This document shows, piece after piece, positions 19,326-29,855 of a stretch of DNA of 64,000 nt. The notes beneath the pieces are model-generated. The model did no database searches and had not been told where the DNA came from. It worked only from the letters and a program-made list of their open reading frames with translations. A program made the translations under genes and the position numbers. The DNA is taken from the NCBI GenBank assembly GCA_951812805.1, contig CATOSZ010000001.1:1600017-1664016 (forward strand). The letters run 5' to 3'. The stretch comes from an uncultured Alphaproteobacteria bacterium (GTDB lineage: Bacteria > Pseudomonadota > Alphaproteobacteria > GCA-2731375). How positions within the stretch are numbered: the first letter of the stretch is position 1; the number at the start of each line of letters is the position of its first letter.

Positions 19326-20206
19326 TACAGCTCGCTCGCCTTCGGCACCTCGAAGTAATCCGGCTTGGTATGGCACCAGGGATCACCCCAGTTCTGCTGG
19401 CCGCCGTCGACGGTGACGACCTCGCCGGTGATGAACTTGCCGGAAGGCGCGGCGAGATAGACGCAGGCCTCGGCGATGTCCTGCACGTCGCCGGTGCGCA
19501 TCATCGGATTGGCATAGCTGTAGAGCTTCGCGGCGTGCGGCGGATAGACGTTGAAGCCTTCCGTCTCGACACAGCCGGGGGCGACGCAGTTGACGCGGAT
19601 CTGGTTCGGCGCCCACTCGATGGCGACGGTCTTCGAGAGGTAGGTGACGCCGGCCCGCGCGGCGCAGGTGTGCGCGATGTCGGGCATGCCGCGAAAGAAC
19701 ACGGCGACGATGTTGATGATGCAGCCGGGCCGTTTCGCGGCCATCCAGCGCCGGGCCGCGGCCTGCATCATGTACCAGGTGCCGTTGAGGTTGGTGTCGA
19801 TCACCGCGTTCCAGCCCTTGACCGAAAAGTCGATGGCCTTCTGCGGGAACTGGCCGCCGGCATTGTTGACCAGGATGTCGATACCGCCCTGCGCCTCCCA
19901 GGCCGCGTCGATCATCGCGTCGACCTGCTCGGGGTCGCGGATCGTCATGGCGTGGATGTCGACCTCGGCGCCGAGCTCGCGCAGCCAGGTCTCGGTGCCG
20001 CGCAGCTTCTCCTCGTCCCGTCCGCAGATCACCAGGTCGGCGCCGAGCCGGGCGTAGAGATAGGCGACCGCCTTGCCGAGCCCGCTGCCGGCGCCGGAAA
20101 CCAGCGCGACCTTGCCTTTCAGCAGATCGTCCCGGAACACCGTTGGGAGTTTGACCAGCTCCTCGTCGGCCATGCCGTAGGTCTGGCGTTCGCTGGCGTC
20201 GCTCAT
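19325..20206 (-). CDS. SDR oxidoreductase (trans-2-enoyl-CoA reductase / AtuB-like)
   Basis: SGAGSGLG, NNAGGQF, AHTCAARAGV. Confidence 0.85.
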   Translation of the reverse strand: MSDASERQTYGMADEELVKLPTVFRDDLLKGKVALVSGAGSGLGKAVAYLYARLGADLVICGRDEEKLRGTETWLRELGAEVDIHAMTIRDPEQVDAMIDAAWEAQGGIDILVNNAGGQFPQKAIDFSVKGWNAVIDTNLNGTWYMMQAAARRWMAAKRPGCIINIVAVFFRGMPDIAHTCAARAGVTYLSKTVAIEWAPNQIRVNCVAPGCVETEGFNVYPPHAAKLYSYANPMMRTGDVQDIAEACVYLAAPSGKFITGEVVTVDGGQQNWGDPWCHTKPDYFEVPKASEL

Positions 20207-20221
20207 GACGTTCTCCCCAAA

Positions 20222-21316
20222 TTAGTTGTTGGCGCCGACGATGGAGTCGATTTCCGCCTGGTCGAGGCCGACGCCCCGCGCCGTTTCCAGAATGGCCGCC
20301 CAGGCTGCATCCGAGAGCGGGATGCCGTCGCGCCGCCGCTCCGCCTCGCGCCGCCGCTCGGGCTCGCCTGGCACGAGGACCTCGCCGCCGGGTTCCGTCG
20401 GCCGGCTGGCTTTCACGAAGTCGACATAGTCGCGCACCATGGCACCGACGCCATGGCCGTCGTCGAAGGCACCGACCGAAAGGTAGAAAGACAGCATGCC
20501 GTTGGCGACCTGGCGAACCTCCGGCCCGGCGCAGCCCGAACCGGTGAAGGCGCCCGCCAGCAGTTCGCACATCAGGGCCAGGCCCGAGCCCTTGTGATCG
20601 CCCATGGCACGCAGCGCGCCCGGGCCGTTGCGCGGGTTCGGCGCGCCGCCGCTGGCATCGGCCCCATAAAGCAGCAGCGGGTCGCCGGAGATCTCGCCGT
20701 CCGGCCCGACCAGGCTGTCGTCGGGAAGCGGCTTGCCCCCGTTGTAGGCGACCAGCGCCTTGCCCTCGGCGACGACGGAGGTGGCGAAGTCGAGGATGAT
20801 CGGCGGCCCGTCCTCGGAAGGAATGCCGACGGCGAACGGCGCGGTCGAGAAACGTCGGTCGATGCCGCCGAAGGGCGCGACCAGGCAGGAGCCCGCGACA
20901 TTGACGAAATGCACCGAGACCAGGCCTTCGGCGGCCGCGCGCAGGGGATAGTCGCCGATCCGGCCGAGATGGCCCGCGTTGCGCAGGGCCACCACGCCGA
21001 CCCCGTTGTCGCGCGCCATGTCCATGCCGAGGCGCGCCGCCTTGGGCCCGACGGTCTGGCCGAAGCCGAAACAGCCGTCGACCAGGACGAAGGACTCGGA
21101 CCGCGTCACCACGTCGATATCGCCGCCGGGCGTGATCTTGCCGTCGTCGATATATTGGACGTAGCGCGGCACGCGGATCACGCCGTGGCTGTCGTGCCCG
21201 GCGAGATTGGCGGCGACGAGGAAGCCGGCGATACGGTCGGCCTCGTCGGCCGGGCAGCCGCGCCGTTGGAAGATGGTGTCGACGAGACGGGTGAGCGGGT
21301 CGGCGTGAATGAGCAC
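20222..21316 (-). CDS. Ldh_2 family malate/lactate/ureidoglycolate/sulfolactate dehydrogenase
   Basis: ANLAGHDSHGV, GHLGRIG, LDFATS, HKGSGL; GTG start with GGAGG RBS. Confidence 0.85.
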   Translation of the reverse strand: MLIHADPLTRLVDTIFQRRGCPADEADRIAGFLVAANLAGHDSHGVIRVPRYVQYIDDGKITPGGDIDVVTRSESFVLVDGCFGFGQTVGPKAARLGMDMARDNGVGVVALRNAGHLGRIGDYPLRAAAEGLVSVHFVNVAGSCLVAPFGGIDRRFSTAPFAVGIPSEDGPPIILDFATSVVAEGKALVAYNGGKPLPDDSLVGPDGEISGDPLLLYGADASGGAPNPRNGPGALRAMGDHKGSGLALMCELLAGAFTGSGCAGPEVRQVANGMLSFYLSVGAFDDGHGVGAMVRDYVDFVKASRPTEPGGEVLVPGEPERRREAERRRDGIPLSDAAWAAILETARGVGLDQAEIDSIVGANN

Positions 21317-21490
21317 GGGATCGAACCTCCTGAAGCGGAATGCACGCTGCGCTGATAGCACGTCGGTGAAACCGGCTCTAGGGAGCGCGAAACTTCCCGC
21401 ATCGGTGGCCGGGCTCTGGTAAGTGGTTCGCTGTTTTGGCAATATCCCGTCCCAGGTGCCATAGGGGGCACCCCGACAATTTGGTGGCCG

Positions 21491-21913
21491 ATGGGTAGCG
21501 GGTACGAGATCACGATGATCGCGGACGATGGCGTCATGGCGATTACGTGGCAGGGTGAAGTGGAAATCGGGTTGTGGCGGACGTTCGTCTCCGACCTGGT
21601 CGATGACCCGCGCATCCGCCCGGGGCTCGGTCGGCTGCATGATTTCCGTGCCGTGAAGGTCGATTTCAACCAGGACACGGTACGCCAGATGGCCGCCGTC
21701 ATCGATGCCAACGACGACAAGCTCGGCCGGCGGCGTGTCGCCCTCCTGGTCGGGGGTGATGTCGATTTCGGCGTCATGCGGATGCTGGCCTCGATGTCGG
21801 ATCCGCAAGGCTCGGACATGCGGGTCTTCCGGGACGGTGTGGCCGCGCTCGCCTGGGTCGGTGCGCCCGACGACAGCGTCCTTCCGGCGGATGGAGGGGG
21901 CGAAGGCCGATGA
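21491..21913 (+). CDS. Hypothetical protein (STAS/SpoIIAA-like)
   Basis: RRVALLV...FGVMRM...VFRD..AALAWV pattern; ATGA overlap with the next gene. Confidence 0.6.
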   Translation: MGSGYEITMIADDGVMAITWQGEVEIGLWRTFVSDLVDDPRIRPGLGRLHDFRAVKVDFNQDTVRQMAAVIDANDDKLGRRRVALLVGGDVDFGVMRMLASMSDPQGSDMRVFRDGVAALAWVGAPDDSVLPADGGGEGR

Positions 21914-22704
21914 GCGACAATGCGGAAATCGACACGCTTCGGACCCCGAGCTTCGCCCTGCATGGCCGCACGGCCCTGGTGACCGGAGCGGGCCGTGGCC
22001 TCGGTGCCGGGGCGGCGATCGCGCTCGCCGAAGCCGGCGCCGACCTGGTGCTGATGAGCCGGACGGAGAGCGAGCTGGACCGGGTCGCGGAACGGGTTCG
22101 GGCGGAGGGCCGCGAGGCGCGGGTCGCGGTCTGCGACGTCACCGACACGGCCCGGCTGGAGGCGACGATCGCCGGGCTCGACGCCCTCGACATCGTGGTC
22201 AACAACGCGGGCATCAACTTTCCAATGCCGATGCTCGAACTGCCGGTCGAGAAGCTCGACCAGATGCTGAACCTCAATCTCCGCGCCTGCCTGATGGTCG
22301 CCCGCTTTTCCGTCGAGCGGATGCTGCGCGAGGAGAACCGCAAGGCGCGGGGCGGTGCCATCATCAACATGAGCTCGCAGATGGGCCATGTCGGCGCGCC
22401 CACCCGGGTGGTCTATTGCGCCACCAAGCACGGGCTCGAAGGCATGACCAAGGCCCTGGCGCTGGAGCTTGCGGAAAGCGGCATTCGGGTGAACTCCCTC
22501 GGCCCGACGTTCTTTGAAACTCCGCTCGCCCGGCCGATGCTGGCGGACCCGCAGTTTCGCACCGACGTGCTCGACCGTATCGCGCTTGGCCGGCTCGGCA
22601 AGACCGAGGACCTGATGGGCGCGATCGTCTTTTTGGCCTCGCCCGCCGCCGCGATGATCACCGGGACCAGCCTGCTGGTCGACGGCGGCTGGACCGCGCG
22701 CTGA
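21910..22704 (+). CDS. SDR family oxidoreductase (HpsO/KduD-like)
   Basis: TPSF...ALVTGAGRGLG, NMSSQMGHVG, YCATKH, VDGGWTA. Confidence 0.85.
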   Translation: MSDNAEIDTLRTPSFALHGRTALVTGAGRGLGAGAAIALAEAGADLVLMSRTESELDRVAERVRAEGREARVAVCDVTDTARLEATIAGLDALDIVVNNAGINFPMPMLELPVEKLDQMLNLNLRACLMVARFSVERMLREENRKARGGAIINMSSQMGHVGAPTRVVYCATKHGLEGMTKALALELAESGIRVNSLGPTFFETPLARPMLADPQFRTDVLDRIALGRLGKTEDLMGAIVFLASPAAAMITGTSLLVDGGWTAR

Positions 22705-22710
22705 CGCGGG

Positions 22711-23766
22711 CTATTCCCGACGGACCCGGGTCACGTGGCCCATCTTCCGCCCCGGCCGCACCTCCGCCTTGCCGTAGAGATGGACATGGGCGCCGGGCTC
22801 GGCCAGCAGGGCGGGGACCGTCGCGACGTCGTCACCGATCAGGTTGGTCATTTCGGCCCGGCCCAGCGAGGTCGTCGGGCCGAGCGGCAGGCCGGTGACC
22901 GCGCGGACATGTTGCTCGAACTGCGAGGTTTCCGCGCCCTCGATCGTCCAATGGCCGGAGTTGTGGACCCGGGGGGCGATCTCGTTCAACAGCAAGCCGC
23001 CGTCGGCGAGATGGAACAGCTCGATCCCCATGACACCCACATAGTCGAGGCCGTCCAGCAGCAAACCGGCGATCTCCCGCGCCCGGACCGCCACTTCGGG
23101 CGCCAAAGCCGCCGGTGCCGTCGAGGTGTGCAGGATGTGGTGGCGATGCACGTTCTCGACCGGATCGTAGCAGGCGATTCCGCCCTTGCTGTCGCGCGCG
23201 GCGATGACGGAAATTTCCCGTTCGAAACGGACCAACCCTTCGAGCAGGGCCGGCGCCCTGCCGATGTCGTGCCAGGCAGCCTCGGCCGCCGCCGGTTCCG
23301 CGGCTTCGATCCGGGTCTGACCCTTGCCGTCATAGCCGAACCGCCGGGTTTTCAGGATCGCCGGCGTGCCGATCTCCGCCAGTGCCGTGACCAGGTCGCC
23401 GGGACCGTCGACCGGGACGAAGGGCGCGGTCGGAATGGCGAGGTCCCTGGCGAAGCGTTTCTCCAGCAGCCGGTCCTGTGCCGTTTCGAGTGCCGCGGCG
23501 CCCGGCTGCACCGGTACTCGTTCGGCCAGATGACGCACGGTGTCGGCGGGCACGTTTTCGAATTCGTAGGTGACGACGTCGACGGTCGCGGCAAAGGCGT
23601 CGAGCGCGGCCAGATCGTCATAGGCGGCAACGGTCTCGGCCGTGGCCACCTGGGCCGCGGGTCCGCCCGGCGTCGGGTCCAGCACGTGGGTGGCGACGCC
23701 GAGATTGGCCCCGGCGAGTGCCAGCATGCGGCCGAGCTGGCCGCCGCCGAGGATCCCCAGCCTCAT
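22711..23766 (-). CDS. purK: N5-carboxyaminoimidazole ribonucleotide synthase
   Basis: [45 protein letters not shown]. Confidence 0.95.
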   Translation of the reverse strand: MRLGILGGGQLGRMLALAGANLGVATHVLDPTPGGPAAQVATAETVAAYDDLAALDAFAATVDVVTYEFENVPADTVRHLAERVPVQPGAAALETAQDRLLEKRFARDLAIPTAPFVPVDGPGDLVTALAEIGTPAILKTRRFGYDGKGQTRIEAAEPAAAEAAWHDIGRAPALLEGLVRFEREISVIAARDSKGGIACYDPVENVHRHHILHTSTAPAALAPEVAVRAREIAGLLLDGLDYVGVMGIELFHLADGGLLLNEIAPRVHNSGHWTIEGAETSQFEQHVRAVTGLPLGPTTSLGRAEMTNLIGDDVATVPALLAEPGAHVHLYGKAEVRPGRKMGHVTRVRRE

Positions 23767-24260
23767 GCCGGGTCGACCGGCATGAGCGGCACGGACTCCG
23801 TCAAGCGGTCCCGCCAGGCGGCCAGCGCGCGCGCGACCGCATCGTCCGACAAGGCGACGATCTGGGCGGCGAGTAGCCCGGCGTTGGTCGCACCGGCCCG
23901 TCCGATGGCGAGCGTCGCGACCGGCACGCCGCCCGGCATCTGGACGATGGACAGCAGGCTGTCGAGGCCGGAGAGGGCCTTGCTCTCGACGGGGACCCCC
24001 AATACGGGCAGGCGGGTCATCGAGGCGGCCATGCCCGGCAGATGGGCGGCACCCCCGGCCCCGGCGATGATGACCTGGAGACCGCGGTCCGCCGCACGCC
24101 GCGCATAGTCGTAAAGCCGGTCGGGCGTGCGGTGGGCGGAGACGACGCGTGTCTCGCGCGCCACCCCCAGCTCGTCGAGGATCTCGACGGCGTGACGCAT
24201 GGTCTCCCAGTCCGAGCGACTGCCCATGATGACGCCGACCAGGGGTGTCGAACTCTCCAT
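23763..24260 (-). CDS. purE: N5-CAIR mutase
   Basis: [35 protein letters not shown]. Confidence 0.96.
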   Translation of the reverse strand: MESSTPLVGVIMGSRSDWETMRHAVEILDELGVARETRVVSAHRTPDRLYDYARRAADRGLQVIIAGAGGAAHLPGMAASMTRLPVLGVPVESKALSGLDSLLSIVQMPGGVPVATLAIGRAGATNAGLLAAQIVALSDDAVARALAAWRDRLTESVPLMPVDPA

Positions 24261-24391
24261 GCCTTCCTCCCGAAAAAAGGGGGCCGACTATAGAGGATCG
24301 ATGGGGAGATCGGAACGGGGACGGCACCGGCGGCCGGGGTCGTCGAATCATATTCGCGTGCCCGAGAAGATTTGGTAATCTTTTTGGGTGT

Positions 24392-25564
24392 TATACCAAT
24401 CGACAATGATCAGAACCCGATGGCCCATGATCTTCGTCCGATGGATTTGATTCTGTCCGGCTGTGCGATGAGGTTGTTCCAGGCCTTGCAGCAATGATCG
24501 GTGATGTCGTCCTGGTCTTCGAAGACGATGTCGGAGAGCCAGTTGTTTCGGATGTACTGCCAGACGTTCTCGGCAGGATTGAGTTCGGGCGATCTCGGCG
24601 GCAGCGGCAGGAGGGTTATGTTGGCCGGGACGTCGAGCCGTTTCGTGGTGTGCCAGCCGGCCCGGTCGAGCAGCATCAAGGCATGGGCTCCGGGTTGAAC
24701 CTGGACGGAGATTTCCTCCAGATGCTGCTGCATGGCGGCGGTGTTGCAGCGTTGCTGGACGATGGCGGCGCCGGTGCCGCGCTCGGGGCAGATGGCGCCG
24801 AAGATATAGGCCGACTTGGTGCGCTGATCGTGCGGGGTGCGTGGCCGTGTGCCGCGCCGGGCCCAGCGCCGGGCATGCTTGTTCTTCTGTCCGACGCGGG
24901 TTTCATCCTGCCACCAGATCTCTATCCCGGTGCCGTCGGGGAGTGCTTTGCGAGCCCGCGCGACCAGCTCGGGGAATTTTTTTTGAAGTCCTCGATCACC
25001 CCCGGCTCCTGGGCGTGATGGCGCGGCCGCATCGTCATCCTGGCGAAGCCCATCGCCTTCAGCTCCCGGCTCACCGTCCGCTGGTCGAGCGTGATCGCGA
25101 AGCTCTCGCCGATCCAGTCGACCAGATCCGCTAGCCGCCAGCGCATGACGCCGTCGCGCGCCGGATCCGGTCCCGCTTCCACCCGGGCCGCCAAGGCGTC
25201 CCGTTGCGCCGGGTCCAGTTTCTTCGCCGCGCCCGGCGCCTTGCGGTCGATCAGGCCGGCCGGGCCCTCCGCGTTGAAACGCAGCACCCAGTCACGGATC
25301 ACCTGAAGGCCGACGTCCCCCGTCCGCGCGGCCTCCGTCCGACTCCCGCCCTCGTAGATCACAGCAAGCGAAAGCAAGCGCCGGATCTGTTTAGCATCCC
25401 TCGATCCCTTGGCCAGACGTCGCAACGCCGCCGCATCGAAATCCTCGCGCAAGGCAATACCCCGACCCATGGTGATCCCCCTCTTCCGAATCACCACAAT
25501 TGAGTCAGAAATCAGCCAGCAAGGGAATCCAACCGCGAGTTGACATCAATGTCGACTGGTATTA
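24392..25564 (-). mobile_element. IS630 family insertion sequence
   Basis: Inverted ends ATACCAATCGACAATGAT (24393-24410) and 25545-25562 (16/18 match) with adjacent TA dinucleotides; exact ends uncertain by 1-2 nt. Confidence 0.85.
24410..25470 (-). CDS. IS630 transposase expressed via -1 frameshift at an A8 run
   Basis: OrfA is HTH-like (MGRGIALRED...); OrfB has WWQDETR, DRAGWH, SPELNPAENVW; slippery GACTTC-AAAAAAAA-TTC (T run at 24977-24984). Confidence 0.85.
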
Positions 25565-25611
25565 CATGCGGGGGGCGCGATGTAAGGCGCCCTGGTACGA
25601 GTGGATTGGCC

Positions 25612-26346
25612 ATGAAGATCGGCGACGACAAACCGATTTCCCGTGCCCCGGCGCCGCGCGCGGCCGGGCGGGACGCGGCGCGTGCCTACCGCGCGGCGGA
25701 GGCCGTGGCGCCGGCGGGCCCGAGCGACAGCGCCACCATTCTCGGCATTCCCGAGGCCGAGCTGACGCCGAAGGTACGCGAAGCGATCATGGGGCTGATG
25801 CACGAGGTGGAAACACTTCGCCGCGAGCTGGACCGCACGCACGAGCGGTTGAACCAGATGGAGAAGCTGGCCGACCTCGACACCTTGGCGCCGATCGCCA
25901 ACCGGCGGGCCTTCGTCCGCGAGCTGACCCGTGCCATATCCTTTGCCGAGCGCTATCAAAATCCGTCCAGCCTGATTTACTTCGATTTGAATGGCTTCAA
26001 GGCCATCAACGACAATCACGGTCACGCCGCCGGCGACAAGGCACTGCTGCACGTCGCCGGAATCCTGCTGGAACGGGTGCGGGAATCGGATGTGGTCGGC
26101 CGCCTGGGCGGCGATGAATTCGGTGTCATTCTCGCCCAAACGGACGATCGCGGCGCACGGGAAAAGGCCATGCAGCTGGCTCAGGCGATCGAGGAACAGC
26201 CGATCGACTGGGAAGGCAAGGCTCTGCCGATCCAGCTCGCCTACGGCATCACGACATTCCGCGGCGGAGAGTCCGTCACCGATACCCTGGCCGCCGCGGA
26301 CCGGGAGATGTACGAACGCAAGGCCGACATGAAGGCCGGCCGCTAG
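25612..26346 (+). CDS. Diguanylate cyclase (GGDEF) with N-terminal coiled coil
   Basis: DLNGFKAINDNHGHAAGD, RESD I-site, RLGGDEF. Confidence 0.92.
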   Translation: MKIGDDKPISRAPAPRAAGRDAARAYRAAEAVAPAGPSDSATILGIPEAELTPKVREAIMGLMHEVETLRRELDRTHERLNQMEKLADLDTLAPIANRRAFVRELTRAISFAERYQNPSSLIYFDLNGFKAINDNHGHAAGDKALLHVAGILLERVRESDVVGRLGGDEFGVILAQTDDRGAREKAMQLAQAIEEQPIDWEGKALPIQLAYGITTFRGGESVTDTLAAADREMYERKADMKAGR

Positions 26347-26616
26347 CCCGCATTTCTCCCACCCTCCACGGCCTCAACGGTGCTGTCGGCCCGACAGGGC
26401 AGGAGCGGCGCGCCGTTCGATGTGGTTCATCGTACAAGCGGTGCGACGCACGCTTGATCGGGACGACAGCACCGCCCGAAGGGTCGACCTGGGCTGGCCG
26501 CTCGGCGAGGCGCGGTCCCTCGACGTAGCCCCGCTACGCCTTTGGGCCCGCACCTCGCCGAATCGACTCGGCCCAGGTCGATTGAGGCCATGGAGGGTGT
26601 GAGAAATACGGGCTAG
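26343..26616. mobile_element. MITE-like structured element bounded by CTAG
   Basis: 35-nt inverted ends including CTAG (26343-26377 and 26582-26616, 3 mismatches); several internal hairpins; no credible ORF. Confidence 0.7.
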
Positions 26617-26678
26617 GTGAAAATCGTCGGGCGTTCGGCCCGGTCGGGCCACGCCCCGTCAGGGGCGCGGCGGTGCCG

Positions 26679-26960
26679 TTATTCCGGCCGTTCGACGATG
26701 ACGCGTCCCCGTCCGCGGCGAAGGATGTAGCCCCCACGCGGAATGGCGAGGCGGCCGTCGTCGATCAGTCCTTGCAGCGCCTCCTGGATCATCTCGGCGT
26801 TACGATCGACCACCATCGACGAGGGCGCCGGTTTATTCGCCAGCCATTCGGCGAATGCCTGGTCTGCAATTTCATCGCCCACGGATTTTCTCAGAGCATT
26901 GAGTTTTCTTATTTCCATGCGCGTAAGCGTACTCTCGTCGACGCGTTTACCTTTAGCCAT
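26679..26960 (-). CDS. Small hypothetical protein
   Basis: MAKGKRVDESTLTRMEIRKLNALRKSVGDEIADQAFAEWL...GGYILRRGRGRVIV; AGGA RBS-like sequence upstream. Confidence 0.7.
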   Translation of the reverse strand: MAKGKRVDESTLTRMEIRKLNALRKSVGDEIADQAFAEWLANKPAPSSMVVDRNAEMIQEALQGLIDDGRLAIPRGGYILRRGRGRVIVERPE

Positions 26961-27385
26961 GCCGATCACCAACTATCCTGTGTTTCAGAGACATCACCCG
27001 TCGATGTCACCGCTGGAAATAGACTGATTTGCTATTCAGTCAAGAAAGTCTTCGAAATAAATGTCGGGATTATGAAAATTATGCCAATGCTTATGTTGTT
27101 GGAGTTCGCGGTCCGAACGATGAGATTAATATTGGTTAACGATATGGTGAGCAACGGAATGGCCTTCTTGTGGGTAATACCGAGTTGATCGATAAAGTTG
27201 CCAATTGCCTCCCGGAACCTTGATGCTTGATTGTGATTAACCTCATGCACTGCGAACCGGCATGACCTGGATCTACCGGGAGCGTGGCTAGGGTGACGAA
27301 TACGAGCTAGGATCCCTCCGGCGTCGGGGTTCGGCCCGAACGCGGGATGGACGAGCCATGGGGCGTCCAGCGGGAGAGACGGACA

Positions 27386-27793
27386 ATGCGGGATGTATCC
27401 GCCTTCGGCGCAAAGGAAGCGCTCGTCGTCGAGGACTCCGAGTTTTCCGCAAAGATGCTGGAGCGGATTTTGAGCGTCGTCGGCTTTCGTCAAGTGACGG
27501 TGGCGCGCAACGGCGCTGAGGCTTTGGCGCTGCTGGCGGAGGTGCCGGGGCGGTTCGACGTCCTGGTAACCGACCTGGTGATGCCGGAAATGAACGGCTA
27601 CGAACTCGCATCCTCGGTGCGCGGCAACGAGGATGCGCAGATCAGCAACCTGCCGATTCTGGTGATCACCGCCTCGGACACGGACACCGCGCAGGGGCAG
27701 GCGGCGCCGTTGCCCCGTATCGATGGTTTCGTGCGTAAGCCGGCCACGGTCGGTGCCGTCTACGAGGCCCTGGTCCCCATGCTGCAGGCCTGA
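27386..27793 (+). CDS. Single-domain response regulator (CheY-like)
   Basis: LVVEDS, VTDLVMPEMNG, ITA, RKP. Confidence 0.88.
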   Translation: MRDVSAFGAKEALVVEDSEFSAKMLERILSVVGFRQVTVARNGAEALALLAEVPGRFDVLVTDLVMPEMNGYELASSVRGNEDAQISNLPILVITASDTDTAQGQAAPLPRIDGFVRKPATVGAVYEALVPMLQA

Positions 27794-27811
27794 AGAAGAT
27801 CGAGGACCATC

Positions 27812-28951
27812 ATGTCGCTTGCCGAGGAACAACGAATTATCCAGCACATGGCGCGGGAGTTCGCGGAGAGTGAACTTCGACCCCATGCCCGCGAGTGGGA
27901 TCGCGAGGGCCGGATCCCGCCGGACGTGTTGGCGCGTATGGGTGAACTCGGCCTGATGGGGGTCTGTGTCGACGAGGCCTGGGGCGGCGCGGGTGCCGAC
28001 TTCATGTCCTATATCCTGGCGCTCGAGGAAATCGCCGCGGGCGAGGGCGGGTGTTCCACGGTGATGAGCGTCAACAATTCACCGGTTTGCGCGGCGCTGG
28101 AAAAATACGGTTCGGAAGAACAGAAGGCGCGCTTTCTCACACCGCTCGCCCGGGGCGACGTCATCGGCTGTTTCCTGTTGAGCGAGCCGCAAGCGGGCTC
28201 GGACGCATCCAACCTGCGTACCCGTGCCGTTGCGGACGGCAATCACTGGGTCATCACCGGCAGCAAGCAATTCATCACCTCGGGTAGCATCGCCAAGCTG
28301 GCGATGATCTTCGCCGTCAGCGATCCAGATGCCGGAAAGCGCGGCATTTCCTGTTTTCTGAGCCCCCTGCCGGCCGAGGGCTATACGGTCGCGGCGCTCG
28401 AGGACAAACTCGGCCAGCGCAGTTCCGATACCTGTCATATCGTGCTCGACGGCCTGCGGGTCAGTGCTGACGACATGCTGGGCGCGCCCGGGGAAGGCTA
28501 TAAAATCGCGCTCGCCAATCTCTCGACCGGGCGTATCGGCATCGCCGCGCAGGCGATCGGCATGGCGCGGGCCGCCTGGTCCCAGGCGCACGCCTACGCC
28601 CAGGAGCGCGAGTCCTTCGGGCGCAAGATCATCGAGCACCAGGCGGTGGAATTCCGCCTCGCCGAGATGGCGACGGAGATCGAGGCGGCGCGCCAGCTGA
28701 CGCATCATGCCGCCCGGTTGCTGGACGCGGGCGAATCGAGCTTGAAGCAGGCCTCGATGGCCAAGCTGTTCGCCTCGGAAATGGCGGAGCGGGTCTGCTC
28801 GGCGGCGATCCAGACCTTGGGCGGCTACGGTTATCTCGCCGACTATGGGGTGGAGCGGATCTACCGCGACGTCCGCGTGACGCAGATCTACGAAGGCACC
28901 AGCGACGTGCAGAAACTGGTGATCGGCCGGGCGTTGCGGGCCGAAGGGTGA
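27812..28951 (+). CDS. Acyl-CoA dehydrogenase
   Basis: LSEPQAGSDA, GSKQFIT, GRIGIAAQA, QIYEGTSDVQ. Confidence 0.93.
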   Translation: MSLAEEQRIIQHMAREFAESELRPHAREWDREGRIPPDVLARMGELGLMGVCVDEAWGGAGADFMSYILALEEIAAGEGGCSTVMSVNNSPVCAALEKYGSEEQKARFLTPLARGDVIGCFLLSEPQAGSDASNLRTRAVADGNHWVITGSKQFITSGSIAKLAMIFAVSDPDAGKRGISCFLSPLPAEGYTVAALEDKLGQRSSDTCHIVLDGLRVSADDMLGAPGEGYKIALANLSTGRIGIAAQAIGMARAAWSQAHAYAQERESFGRKIIEHQAVEFRLAEMATEIEAARQLTHHAARLLDAGESSLKQASMAKLFASEMAERVCSAAIQTLGGYGYLADYGVERIYRDVRVTQIYEGTSDVQKLVIGRALRAEG

Positions 28952-28955
28952 GGCC

Positions 28956-29855
28956 ATGGAACAGGCCATCACATTCGACAGCGACGGTGTGGAAATCGCC
29001 GGCATTCTCTATTCGCCGGACCGTCCAGCCGCGGCCGGCCATCCCGGCGTCGTCCTCTGCCAGGGCATGATCGGCGTCAAGGAATTCTTCTGGTTTCCCC
29101 ACATCGGCCGGCGCCTCGCCGAGCTCGGCCATGTCGCGCTGATCTGGGATTTTCGCGGCGTCGGCGAGAGCGGTGGCGAGCCGGGCCGTCTCTATCCGCT
29201 GGAACAGGCCAACGACATTCGCAACGCGCTGACCTTCCTGGAAACCCGGGCGGAGGTCGACGCCGACCGCCTCGCCCTCGTCGGTTTCAGCTTCGGCGCC
29301 GGCATGGTGCCCTATGTCGCCGGCATCGACGAACGGGTACGGGCGGCGGTCAGCGTCGTCGGCTGGGGCGACGGGCGGCGCTGGATGCGCAGCGTGCGCC
29401 GCCAGGGCGAATGGCTCGACCTGCTGGCCCGCATCGCGGAGGATCGCAAGGCCCGGGTCGGTGGCGCGCCCTCAGCCTTGATGGGCCCGATGGGCGGCAT
29501 CCTGGTCGGCGATCCCAAGACCGCCGCCGCGCGCGGCGACATCGTCAAGGACATTCCGCACATGGACCGACCGGTGGCGACGGACTATTCGCTGGCGACG
29601 GCGGAGAAGTTGATCGAGTTTCGCCCCGTCGAGGTCGTCGCGCGGATCAGCCCGCGCGCCATCCTCTTCATCGCCGCCGAATTGGATGCGGTGACGCCGG
29701 CCGACGACGTCGTCGACATGTACGACGCGGCCCGCGCACCGAAGGACCTCTGGCTGATCCCCGGCGCCGGCCATTACGACGTCTATCTGCCGGACCTGCG
29801 TGATGCGATCTTCGAGCGGACCGTCGCCTGGCTGGCCGAGCACATGCCGGCCTAG
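28956..29855 (+). CDS. Alpha/beta fold hydrolase
   Basis: DFRGVGESGG, GFSFG nucleophile elbow, D..H catalytic residues. Confidence 0.85.
   Translation: MEQAITFDSDGVEIAGILYSPDRPAAAGHPGVVLCQGMIGVKEFFWFPHIGRRLAELGHVALIWDFRGVGESGGEPGRLYPLEQANDIRNALTFLETRAEVDADRLALVGFSFGAGMVPYVAGIDERVRAAVSVVGWGDGRRWMRSVRRQGEWLDLLARIAEDRKARVGGAPSALMGPMGGILVGDPKTAAARGDIVKDIPHMDRPVATDYSLATAEKLIEFRPVEVVARISPRAILFIAAELDAVTPADDVVDMYDAARAPKDLWLIPGAGHYDVYLPDLRDAIFERTVAWLAEHMPA

Noticed and set aside
24977..24984. IS630 split ORF as a pseudogene
   Set aside because: The break is at an A8 slippery run, the usual programmed frameshift of IS630 elements
26343..26616. SRP RNA, RNase P RNA or 6S RNA
   Set aside because: No recognisable conserved motifs of these RNAs; terminal inverted repeats and a second partial copy favour a MITE
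26673..27250. ORFs 26673..27188 (+) and 27032..27886 (-)
   Set aside because: Antisense to better-supported genes and running through an AT-rich divergent promoter region; no motifs
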